This document shows positions 19,554-27,780 of a stretch of DNA of 42,739 bases, piece after piece (positions within the stretch are counted from its first letter, which is position 1; each line of letters starts with the position of its first letter). A program made the position numbers and the translations under genes. Location: sequence record SRR31156797_3965. One strand, 5' to 3'. A model generated the notes under the pieces. That model was not told the DNA's origin, did not search any database, and saw only the letters and a list, made by a program, of their open reading frames with translations.

Positions 19554-20228
19554 ATGATAAAGCATCACCTCATAGTCGCCGCCACAAAAATTGAAGTAAA
19601 TCCAATTATTTTTTTAATTCAACCCAAACACATAACATCCTCAAACTATTATAAATTAAGCGATAATATAAATTTATTAATAACAGGCATAGGTCAATAT
19701 AATACAATTAGATCGATTACAGAACACATAAACAAGTATGGAAAACCTATTAGCATGTTAAACATAGGAATAGCAGGAACCTATAAGAATACTTTGAAAA
19801 TCAATACACTCATTAAAATAAATAAAGATATTGCGTACGATCAGAAAGTTGTTGATAATAATCAAATTTCGAACTGGTCTGAAGCATCCTTACCAGAAGC
19901 TACTTCAAATATTTTTGAACCCACATTACCTTCATATTATGCAGATATAGACTTAAACGAAGGAATAGGATTGACCTCAGATACACTGTCTAATAACGAA
20001 GATCGAATTAAACATATCACTCAAACTTATAATGCAGCCTGTGAATCTATGGAAGGCGCGGCAGTTTTCTATTTAGCAAATCATTACAATATTCCATCAA
20101 TGCAAATTAGAAGTATATCAAATACTGTAGGAGAGCGTGACAAAAGTCTATGGAAAATAAAAGAATCCATAGAAGAATTAAATAGATTTGTAGAAACGGA
20201 AGTAATTCATAAACTCTCTTCAAAATGA
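19554..20228 (+). CDS. mqnB: Futalosine hydrolase (PNP/MTAN fold)
   Basis: LIVAAT..E, ITGIG, NIGIAG, ESMEGAA, QIRSISN.VGERDKSLWKI; ATGA overlap with mqnD. Confidence 0.85.
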   Translation: MIKHHLIVAATKIEVNPIIFLIQPKHITSSNYYKLSDNINLLITGIGQYNTIRSITEHINKYGKPISMLNIGIAGTYKNTLKINTLIKINKDIAYDQKVVDNNQISNWSEASLPEATSNIFEPTLPSYYADIDLNEGIGLTSDTLSNNEDRIKHITQTYNAACESMEGAAVFYLANHYNIPSMQIRSISNTVGERDKSLWKIKESIEELNRFVETEVIHKLSSK

Positions 20229-21049
20229 AACTAAAATTGGCTTACTCAACCTGCCCTAATGATACCTTCATGTTCCATGCACTGGTGCATAAACTAATTG
20301 ATACGGGTATATACACTTTTGAAGTAAACCTTGGAGACATTGAAGAATTAAATGAACAAGCTGAACAGCAAATTAATGATATCACAAAAATTAGTTTTAA
20401 TGCTTTTGGGCAACTAACATCAAATTATCAACTCCTTCGTTCTGGTGCTGCTTTGGGTTTTGGAAATGGGCCGCTAATTATAAGTAAACATAAAATATAT
20501 CAGGATGAATTAGCTGATGTTTCTATTGCAATTCCCGGATTCAAAACCACTGCTAATTTATTGCTAAGTATTCTTTTCCCTGAGGTTAAAAATAAAAAAG
20601 CCTACCTTTTTTCAGATATCGAAGAAGCTGTTTTAAGCAATGAAGCAGATGCCGGACTTATAATTCATGAAACCAGGTTTAGTTATCATAAAAGAGGTTT
20701 AATTAAGGTTGCTGATTTAGGAGAGGTATGGGAAGAAAAGCTAAAATTACCTCTTCCATTAGGAGGAATAGCAATCAGAAGAGACTTCGATGATAAAGTT
20801 AAATCAGACATTGAAAAATTACTTGCAGAAAGTGTAAAATTTGCATTTAATAATCCTAAGGAATCTGCTAATTATGTAAAGCAATATGCGCGAGATTTAG
20901 ACGACAACGTTATTAGAAAACATATTGATTTATATGTAAATGATTATAGCATAAACTTTAAAGAAGACGGAAAATCATCAATTGAATACTTAGTCAAAAG
21001 AGCCGCTCAACTAAACAACCAGATCTTAACCCAACCCATATTTATATGA
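20225..21049 (+). CDS. mqnD: 1,4-dihydroxy-6-naphthoate synthase
   Basis: AYSTCPNDTFMF, DIEELN, GAALGFGNGP, TTANLL, IIHETRF, DLGEVW, PLPLGG, HIDLYVN. Confidence 0.93.
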   Translation: MKLKLAYSTCPNDTFMFHALVHKLIDTGIYTFEVNLGDIEELNEQAEQQINDITKISFNAFGQLTSNYQLLRSGAALGFGNGPLIISKHKIYQDELADVSIAIPGFKTTANLLLSILFPEVKNKKAYLFSDIEEAVLSNEADAGLIIHETRFSYHKRGLIKVADLGEVWEEKLKLPLPLGGIAIRRDFDDKVKSDIEKLLAESVKFAFNNPKESANYVKQYARDLDDNVIRKHIDLYVNDYSINFKEDGKSSIEYLVKRAAQLNNQILTQPIFI

Positions 21050-22113
21050 AATCAATCAACTCTTTAAAACCACTCCTGCCATTTTGCATTACCATATGTT
21101 TTATTTTGATATATGGCCAAAAAATTATGGCTCAACCCATTACAAGTATGGAAATATCTGGACAGGAAGAACCCAAGTTTGATTCAACTTTCATAGAATC
21201 TTACTATGATGATTTAGTAATTGGCTTATCTATTCCAAAGAAAAACGTCAACTTTTCATTATCTGACGTCCAAAATGAACAGGAGTTAATGTATCAAGTA
21301 AATACTAAAGCTTCAATTGGATTTAAAGCGTCATATAAATGGCTGGGAATAAGCCTTGGAATTGGAATTCCGCAAACAAGAACAAATGTCGAACAATATG
21401 GCAAAACAGAAGGACTGGATCTTCAAATCAATACATATCTCAGAAAAATAGTAATAGATGCATATTTTCAATATTATAAAGGGTTTTATTTAGAAAATAT
21501 GGATGAATATTTTGATGACTTTAATGATTTGAATTTAAATTATTATCAAAGACCTGATCTTGCTTTTGCTAATGTAGGACTATCGGTCAGGTATGTAAAA
21601 AACAATAAAAAATTCTCATATAAAGCCTCTTATGACTATAATGAAAAACAGAAAAAACGAGCAGGATCTCTGCTTTTAGGGGGCTATGCCTTTATTAGTA
21701 GTGCTGCAGCTGATTCACTTGTAGTTCCTCATTTTGCGATAGAAGAATTCTCTGAAAAAGGCCAATTTTCAAGTATTGTAGCCATCAATATGGGATTCTC
21801 AATTGGCTACATTTACACTTTTGTTTATCGCAATTTTTTCTTGACTTTGGGATTTGTTCCAGGTTTTGGATTACAAACCTATACAGCATACAATCCACAA
21901 GGAGCAGAAGTTGATAAAAAAAATGGTTTAGGCATAAGCACTGTTGGACGAGCATCTCTTGGGTACAATAAAAATCGGTTTTATGCCGCATTATCTGGGG
22001 TATCTGGTTCCAATAACCTATTTAACGAAGATCAAACAGCGATAAATTTTGGGTATGGAAATGTCAGATTTACGGTCGGATACCGATTTGGACTGAAAAA
22101 GAAACTGTTCTAA
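21046..22113 (+). CDS. Outer-membrane beta-barrel protein, DUF4421-like
   Basis: Signal-like N-terminus; YKWLG, YKGFY, KFSYKA...Q.K.AGS and VGYRF motifs recalled for this Bacteroidota family; ATGA overlap with mqnD. Confidence 0.7.
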   Translation: MKSINSLKPLLPFCITICFILIYGQKIMAQPITSMEISGQEEPKFDSTFIESYYDDLVIGLSIPKKNVNFSLSDVQNEQELMYQVNTKASIGFKASYKWLGISLGIGIPQTRTNVEQYGKTEGLDLQINTYLRKIVIDAYFQYYKGFYLENMDEYFDDFNDLNLNYYQRPDLAFANVGLSVRYVKNNKKFSYKASYDYNEKQKKRAGSLLLGGYAFISSAAADSLVVPHFAIEEFSEKGQFSSIVAINMGFSIGYIYTFVYRNFFLTLGFVPGFGLQTYTAYNPQGAEVDKKNGLGISTVGRASLGYNKNRFYAALSGVSGSNNLFNEDQTAINFGYGNVRFTVGYRFGLKKKLF

Positions 22114-22155
22114 AATAACATTGCATTCTTATCCTTCATTTCCTAAAAATTTGTC

Positions 22156-22163
22156 TATTTTTG
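22156..22163 (+). promoter_or_regulatory. -7 promoter element for transketolase N-subunit
   Basis: TATTTTTG 19 nt before the ATG. Confidence 0.55.
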
Positions 22164-22182
22164 CAGCCAAATTCAAATTATC

Positions 22183-23028
22183 ATGAGTAATATTCAAAAA
22201 CTACAAGATACTGCGTCTCAAGTGCGAAGAGACATCATCAGAATGGTTCATGGCGCCGCTAGCGGGCACCCTGGTGGTTCATTGGGATGTGCAGATTTTC
22301 TAACTGCCCTTTACTTCGAAATTTTGGATCACGATCCTAAAAACTTTGATATGGATGGAAAAAATCAAGATGTATTTTTTCTTTCTAACGGTCATATTTC
22401 GCCAGTGTGGTATAGTGTATTGAGTCGTATTGGTTATTTCCCAATTAGCGAGCTTGGAACGTTCCGTAAACTGAATACCAGACTTCAGGGACATCCTACT
22501 CCAGAAGAGGGTTTGCCGGGAGTTAGGGTAGCATCAGGTTCTTTAGGACAAGGTCTATCTGTTGCTTGCGGTGCTGCACAAACTAAAAAACTAAATGGTG
22601 ATAAAAAATTGGTTTTTACATTGCATGGTGATGGTGAGTTACAAGAAGGTCAAATATGGGAAGCTGCAATGTATGCTGCTGCCAATAAAATTGACAATCT
22701 AATTGCAACTGTTGACTATAATGGACAACAAATTGATGGGCCTGTTGATAGTGTATTATCTCTTGGTGATCTCAAAGGAAAATGGGAATCTTTTGGTTGG
22801 TTAGTTTTAGAAATGAATGGCAATAATATAGAAAATATTATTAAAGTTGTAAATGAAGCCAAAAAGAACACCGGAAAAGGAAAACCTGTAGTAATTTTAA
22901 TGAAAACTGAAATGGGATATGGTGTTGATTTTATGCAAGGTACACACAAATGGCATGGCGCAGCACCAAATGATGAACAAAAAGAAAACGCTTTAAGTCA
23001 ACTAGCAGAAACGCTGGGTGATTATTAG
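22183..23028 (+). CDS. tkt: Transketolase, N-terminal (TPP-binding) subunit
   Basis: SGHPGGSLG, LSNGH, LQGHP, GSLGQGLS, TPP motif GDGELQEGQIWEA...N, KWHG; only 281 aa (split form). Confidence 0.93.
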   Translation: MSNIQKLQDTASQVRRDIIRMVHGAASGHPGGSLGCADFLTALYFEILDHDPKNFDMDGKNQDVFFLSNGHISPVWYSVLSRIGYFPISELGTFRKLNTRLQGHPTPEEGLPGVRVASGSLGQGLSVACGAAQTKKLNGDKKLVFTLHGDGELQEGQIWEAAMYAAANKIDNLIATVDYNGQQIDGPVDSVLSLGDLKGKWESFGWLVLEMNGNNIENIIKVVNEAKKNTGKGKPVVILMKTEMGYGVDFMQGTHKWHGAAPNDEQKENALSQLAETLGDY

Positions 23029-23045
23029 TAAATAGCCACAGAATT

Positions 23046-23080
23046 AAAAGGAGTGCGTATTACTGCGTACTCTTTTTTTT
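23046..23080 (+). terminator. Rho-independent terminator after tkt-N, overlapping the lnt stop codon
   Basis: AAAAGGAGTGCGTA-ttac-TGCGTACTCTTTTT (G.U pairs form on the + transcript), followed by a T-run. Confidence 0.7.
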
Positions 23081-24667
23081 GGCTAAAATTCGAGATACAA
23101 GCATCATTAAAATAATGAGCACAGTTAAAAAGGTTGCAACCCGACCCAAATAATCGCCATTCTCAGCATAATAAGTCATTTCAGTATTTTCATATATTTC
23201 ATGCCTAATGGCTGTTGGCACCCACCATTTCGTTGGCTTTATGATATCGCCTCTTTGATTAATAAATGCAGAAATACCTGTATTGGCAGAACGAGCTATA
23301 CTTCTCCTATTTTCAATGGCCCTTAAAGTTGCATAGCGCAAATGTTGCTTATATCCGGGTGTATTTCCCCACCAACCGTCATTCGTGATAATAAATAACA
23401 AGGTAGCACCTTTTTTAACATATTCTGTTACATATTCAGCATATATAGACTCATAACAAATAATAGGCGCTGCAAGCGATCCTTTAAACTTAAACACCGA
23501 TGGCTCTTCCTGCACGCCAAGACTTCCTACCGTCCCTCCTAAATCAGCTGACAAATTATCTAAAAACTTAAAATACTTATAATAAGGCATCTTTTCAACA
23601 CCTAATACCAACTTCGACTTATGATAATAACCAATACCATAGGTAGTAATCTGCATCGCAGTATTAAACCTATCATAATATCGATCAACATTTTTAAACT
23701 TTCTTGCTGTAGGTGGCAACTCCTCCCCCTCCTCATACTCCTTGCGCGTTGAGGCTCCAACGATAAAAGATACATGGCTATTTTCTTTAAGCCATTTGTT
23801 TATCATCCGAATTGAAGCAAAATTATTAGCATGTCCTTCCCATATAATTTCAACTATTGCAGTCTCCGGGCCCACGACATACTTGGTGTTGGGAGTTATC
23901 ATATTATCTGCAACATTGAGCAGTCGCTCGACTTGCTCAAGGGCATCCATTGAATCAAACTTTTCATGATAGGGATCAATATTAGGCTGCAAAACAACAA
24001 CTTCAACGGGTTCTCCTTGCTCCTCATGATTATTATAAATCACAACAGATATTACAATAGGTACAACAATCAAAATCAATAATAATGAACCATTAGCAAT
24101 TAGCCTTCTTATCATTGTTTGGCGGTGAATAACTACCTCAGCAATAGTCGAAACAATAATTATATTTGAAAACAATACCCACAAACTTCCACCTAAAACA
24201 CCAGTATATTCAAACCATTGCACTATGCTTACATTATCAGCAAATGCATTACCTAAAGTAAGCCAGGGCCATGATATTTCTGTTCTGTAGAATAAAAACT
24301 CAAAAGTTATCCACCAAAATATAAGGGCATAACGCCCTACTTTACCATTTGTATACCTTCTTGATAGATGATATAACCAAAACACAAAAGCCATCAATGC
24401 ACTATTAGCAAGCACTGCCATGACCGCTCCTACCGGTGTTGCTTTATAAATCCAATAAGTAGTAGCCAAATTCCAAATAAAAAACGTCAAATACGCATAA
24501 TTAAAAACACCAAAAGAGTTCTTACCTGAATCTAAATAATTTTCCTCAATCAATAATAGTGGAACAAATGCTACAAAAAGTAGAAAAATCAATGATGAGC
24601 TGTACCAAACAGCAACTAACATAATAGCAGATAATAACGCCAGGGAAATTTTCAATTTGGGCTTCAT
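23060..24667 (-). CDS. lnt: Apolipoprotein N-acyltransferase
   Basis: Multi-TM N-part with PWLTLG; nitrilase domain QPNI, GPETA (Glu), HKSKLV.GVE (Lys), ICYES (Cys), TNDGWW, RAIENRR, RSANTGISA. Confidence 0.95.
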   Translation of the reverse strand: MKPKLKISLALLSAIMLVAVWYSSSLIFLLFVAFVPLLLIEENYLDSGKNSFGVFNYAYLTFFIWNLATTYWIYKATPVGAVMAVLANSALMAFVFWLYHLSRRYTNGKVGRYALIFWWITFEFLFYRTEISWPWLTLGNAFADNVSIVQWFEYTGVLGGSLWVLFSNIIIVSTIAEVVIHRQTMIRRLIANGSLLLILIVVPIVISVVIYNNHEEQGEPVEVVVLQPNIDPYHEKFDSMDALEQVERLLNVADNMITPNTKYVVGPETAIVEIIWEGHANNFASIRMINKWLKENSHVSFIVGASTRKEYEEGEELPPTARKFKNVDRYYDRFNTAMQITTYGIGYYHKSKLVLGVEKMPYYKYFKFLDNLSADLGGTVGSLGVQEEPSVFKFKGSLAAPIICYESIYAEYVTEYVKKGATLLFIITNDGWWGNTPGYKQHLRYATLRAIENRRSIARSANTGISAFINQRGDIIKPTKWWVPTAIRHEIYENTEMTYYAENGDYLGRVATFLTVLIILMMLVSRILAKKKSTQ

Positions 24668-24694
24668 AATTTTACAAAAATCATATTAAAGGGA

Positions 24695-24702
24695 CAAAAA
24701 TA
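24695..24702 (-). promoter_or_regulatory. -7 promoter element for lnt
   Basis: TATTTTTG on the minus strand. Confidence 0.5.
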
Positions 24703-24809
24703 GTAAACGGTGAATGATATCAACGTATTATTATAAAAACTTTAGGTAAAAGTAAATTATTAGTTTTTGTATTTATGAAAGGTCCTAAAAAGAGAACAAC
24801 TCAAAATAT

Positions 24810-25193
24810 TCAAATCTCTGCTTCACCAAGTGCCTTAGAAACAGTTCTACTTATTTTATCCAATAAATAAGGTTTGGTAATCAAATCATCAAACCCGGCA
24901 TTTTCAAAAGTTTCAAAAAAATCATCCGGATTATGCGCAGTCAACGCCACAATAGGCATTCTTGATTTTGGAGAATTCAATTTCTCACGAATATACTTCG
25001 TTGTTTCAATACCATTCATAACAGGCATTTCTATATCCATCAATATCAAATCTATTTGATCAGTCTCAACTCTTTCTATAGCTTCCTTTCCATTAGATGC
25101 TTGGGCATATTTATATCCTAACTTCTTGATTAATTCGGTAAGAAGCATCCTGTTAATGATAATATCATCTACAATAAGAATTTTATAATCCAT
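24810..25193 (-). CDS. Stand-alone response regulator receiver protein
   Basis: ILIVDD, LMDIEMPVMNG, ALTA, ITKPY; divergent from the che cluster. Confidence 0.92.
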   Translation of the reverse strand: MDYKILIVDDIIINRMLLTELIKKLGYKYAQASNGKEAIERVETDQIDLILMDIEMPVMNGIETTKYIREKLNSPKSRMPIVALTAHNPDDFFETFENAGFDDLITKPYLLDKISRTVSKALGEAEI

Positions 25194-25329
25194 AGACTTC
25201 CCAATTTTAATTGTAAAGGTAGCAATTCTATTTATTTAAAATAAGGTAATTTAACCCATATTATTGCTACAAAAAATGTAGTAATATCGTAAAATATTTC
25301 ACAGTCATTGTACAATAACGTAGTTATGT

Positions 25330-27072
25330 ATGAAAAAATATAGTTCAAAAGAGATACAACAACTGATAAACGAAATTGTAAGCAGTTTTTCATCAATTGA
25401 TCAAAAAGTTCTAGAGCTAACACATGTAAGCAATGAAGATTTTTCTGCCTTGAATAACATCATGAAAGATCATCATAAAACAACACATGACATTGCTAAA
25501 AGTACTATTGAGCTAATAGATAGAATCCAAAAGCTAAAAAGCAACTCCACATTATTAAAACTTAGAAACACAATTGATTCTACTCAGGCTGCAACAAGTA
25601 AGGTAAAGCAAAACATTAGCGATTTTATAAGTGAAGCTAATCATCTGAATCAAGATTTCAAACATGTTTTTATTCCTATTTTAAACTTTAAGCAAAATAT
25701 TTCTACATTAAAGTTTCTATTGGCAAATTTAAAACTTAATCAAGGCTTAATTGGTAAAAAAGAACATACTGAAACCAAACAATTAATTGAGACTTTAACT
25801 GCTAGGATTGAGTTAATACAGGTTGAAATACCTGTAATAGCTAAAGATGTTGATTTACTCAAAGAAAACTACAATAACTCCATTGAAAAAGCTGATTTAG
25901 CAGCCAAACAAATTGAAGTAGACCTAGCTGATGATGTAACTTTCTTAAATAAATATATCGCAATCATTGAAAATGGTATTAAAAACTCAAATACCATAAA
26001 ATCAAAGGTTGAACAAAAAAATCAGGAAGGATTCCAAAACTTAAATCATATCATAACAAACCTGCAATACCATGATATTATCAGGCAAAAAATTGAACAC
26101 ATACAAGATACGCACAAAAGCATTCTAGAGGAATTAAATACAATCGAAAAAGAGGATGATATCATTCAAAAAGGATTAAAGTACCTGAAACAAATACCCG
26201 GAATTACTGAAATTCAAGCAGGGCAACTTATTCTAACAAATAAAGAATACCAAAGCGCCATTGATAATATTTCAAAAAAGCTTTTGGAAACATCGAAATC
26301 AATGGAAGAAGTCAACAATTTATCTTTCAGTATTTTTAATATTAAAAACAATAGTTTTTCAGCCAATTCAATTTCAGAAACTACACAAAAAATTAACACT
26401 AAAATTTCCGATTTCTCAATTAAAATCAATGATCTATTAGAAAGCAACAATGTACTTCAGAACTCAATTAAGCTACATGATCAGCATTATAAAAAGCTCG
26501 AACAAATTGAAAAAGATATTAGCGAAATAATCAATAAAATAAACAAACATTTAATAGAAGAAACTGATGTTAAAACTATATCAAATAAGCTCATTTCACT
26601 ACTAAATGATATTAATGAATCCAGGAGTAATATTGGGAAAATTATTAACTCTCATAAAAACAACCATCTCATTCAAATTATTTCAAACATTGAAAATGAG
26701 GTTAAAGCACTAGAGAATAGCCCAATAACCCCAGAAGAGACCGATTCATTTATAAATGAATTCAATAATATAAACGATAAAATAATCTACAACTGCCAAT
26801 CATTTAAATCATTTGACAATGATTTAAAAAACACACTCGGAAACATTAAATATTATGACTTTTACGAACATCAGGTAGAAGAAATAATCAACCAACTCAA
26901 TATTGTATACAAAAAAATGCTGCCTATTTCAGAAGAAGGTGGAGAACAGGGAGACCTTTTAAGTTCAATGAAAGAGGCATATACAATGCAATCGCAAAGA
27001 GATATTCATGAAAAATCCGACTTAAATGCGGAAAATCAGGATGAAGATGATGATAACCTTGAATTATTTTAA
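25330..27072 (+). CDS. Soluble coiled-coil chemosensory protein, degenerate MCP-like/CheZ-like
   Basis: 580 aa, predicted all-helical, no TM segment. LQYHDIIRQKIEH resembles the CheZ D-x3-Q site; C-terminus YTMQSQRDIH...DDDNLELF; first gene of the che cluster. Confidence 0.65.
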   Translation: MKKYSSKEIQQLINEIVSSFSSIDQKVLELTHVSNEDFSALNNIMKDHHKTTHDIAKSTIELIDRIQKLKSNSTLLKLRNTIDSTQAATSKVKQNISDFISEANHLNQDFKHVFIPILNFKQNISTLKFLLANLKLNQGLIGKKEHTETKQLIETLTARIELIQVEIPVIAKDVDLLKENYNNSIEKADLAAKQIEVDLADDVTFLNKYIAIIENGIKNSNTIKSKVEQKNQEGFQNLNHIITNLQYHDIIRQKIEHIQDTHKSILEELNTIEKEDDIIQKGLKYLKQIPGITEIQAGQLILTNKEYQSAIDNISKKLLETSKSMEEVNNLSFSIFNIKNNSFSANSISETTQKINTKISDFSIKINDLLESNNVLQNSIKLHDQHYKKLEQIEKDISEIINKINKHLIEETDVKTISNKLISLLNDINESRSNIGKIINSHKNNHLIQIISNIENEVKALENSPITPEETDSFINEFNNINDKIIYNCQSFKSFDNDLKNTLGNIKYYDFYEHQVEEIINQLNIVYKKMLPISEEGGEQGDLLSSMKEAYTMQSQRDIHEKSDLNAENQDEDDDNLELF

Positions 27073-27090
27073 TCTATAATTGATAATAAT

Positions 27091-27402
27091 ATGACCAAAC
27101 AAGCTGTAAATATCAGACGAACTAAAGAAAGCTTGAATATTACTGTTAATCAGACAATTTCCGTTCAAAATATTGACCTTATCTACAACAAGCTTAAAAC
27201 AACCAATTTTGATAGGGATAACATTGTTTTCATTCTACCCGATAATTATGATACGGACTTTGCATTTATTCAATTGTTAATTAGTTTTCAAAGGTCAAAA
27301 CTAACAGAAAGTCAAAAAATCACGTTAAAAGCCCCATTGAATGATGGCAAAAAAAACGTAATTTTAAATGAAATAAAAGAATTCCAATTTGCAACAATAT
27401 AA
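27091..27402 (+). CDS. STAS-like domain protein
   Basis: 103 aa; 'ISVQNIDLIYNKL...DTDFAFIQLLIS' resembles the STAS_2 proteins found next to cheY/cheA. Confidence 0.6.
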   Translation: MTKQAVNIRRTKESLNITVNQTISVQNIDLIYNKLKTTNFDRDNIVFILPDNYDTDFAFIQLLISFQRSKLTESQKITLKAPLNDGKKNVILNEIKEFQFATI

Positions 27403-27414
27403 AAACGACCAAAA

Positions 27415-27780
27415 ATGGGAAAAAAAATACTCATTGTCGATGACTCAGAAAGCATACGTGAAGTAGTAAGTTTCACGCTCGAAAATGCCGGACACGAAGT
27501 TCAAAAAGCTATTGACGGCGACGATGCACTTACTTACCTGGATGGTCAGCCATACGACCTGATTATTACAGACTTGCATATGCCAAATAAAAACGGGATT
27601 GAGCTCATCAGAGAAGTTAGGAAACTAGAAGCGTATAAATTTATCCCCATTCTATTCCTGACCACTGAATCACAAACTGCCAAAAAGATAGAAGCAAAAG
27701 AAGCAGGTGCAACCGGTTGGATTGTTAAGCCATTTGTACCTGAAAAATTATTAGCTGCAGTAAATAAAGTAGTAAGATAA
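27415..27780 (+). CDS. cheY: Chemotaxis response regulator CheY
   Basis: ILIVDDS, IITDLHMP, FLTTES, AGATGWIVKPF; stop overlaps the cheA start (TAATG). Confidence 0.92.
   Translation: MGKKILIVDDSESIREVVSFTLENAGHEVQKAIDGDDALTYLDGQPYDLIITDLHMPNKNGIELIREVRKLEAYKFIPILFLTTESQTAKKIEAKEAGATGWIVKPFVPEKLLAAVNKVVR

Noticed and set aside
25232-25423. 63-aa minus-strand ORF upstream of the divergent receiver
   Set aside because: It overlaps the start of the 580-aa gene and the AT-rich intergenic region, and has no motif
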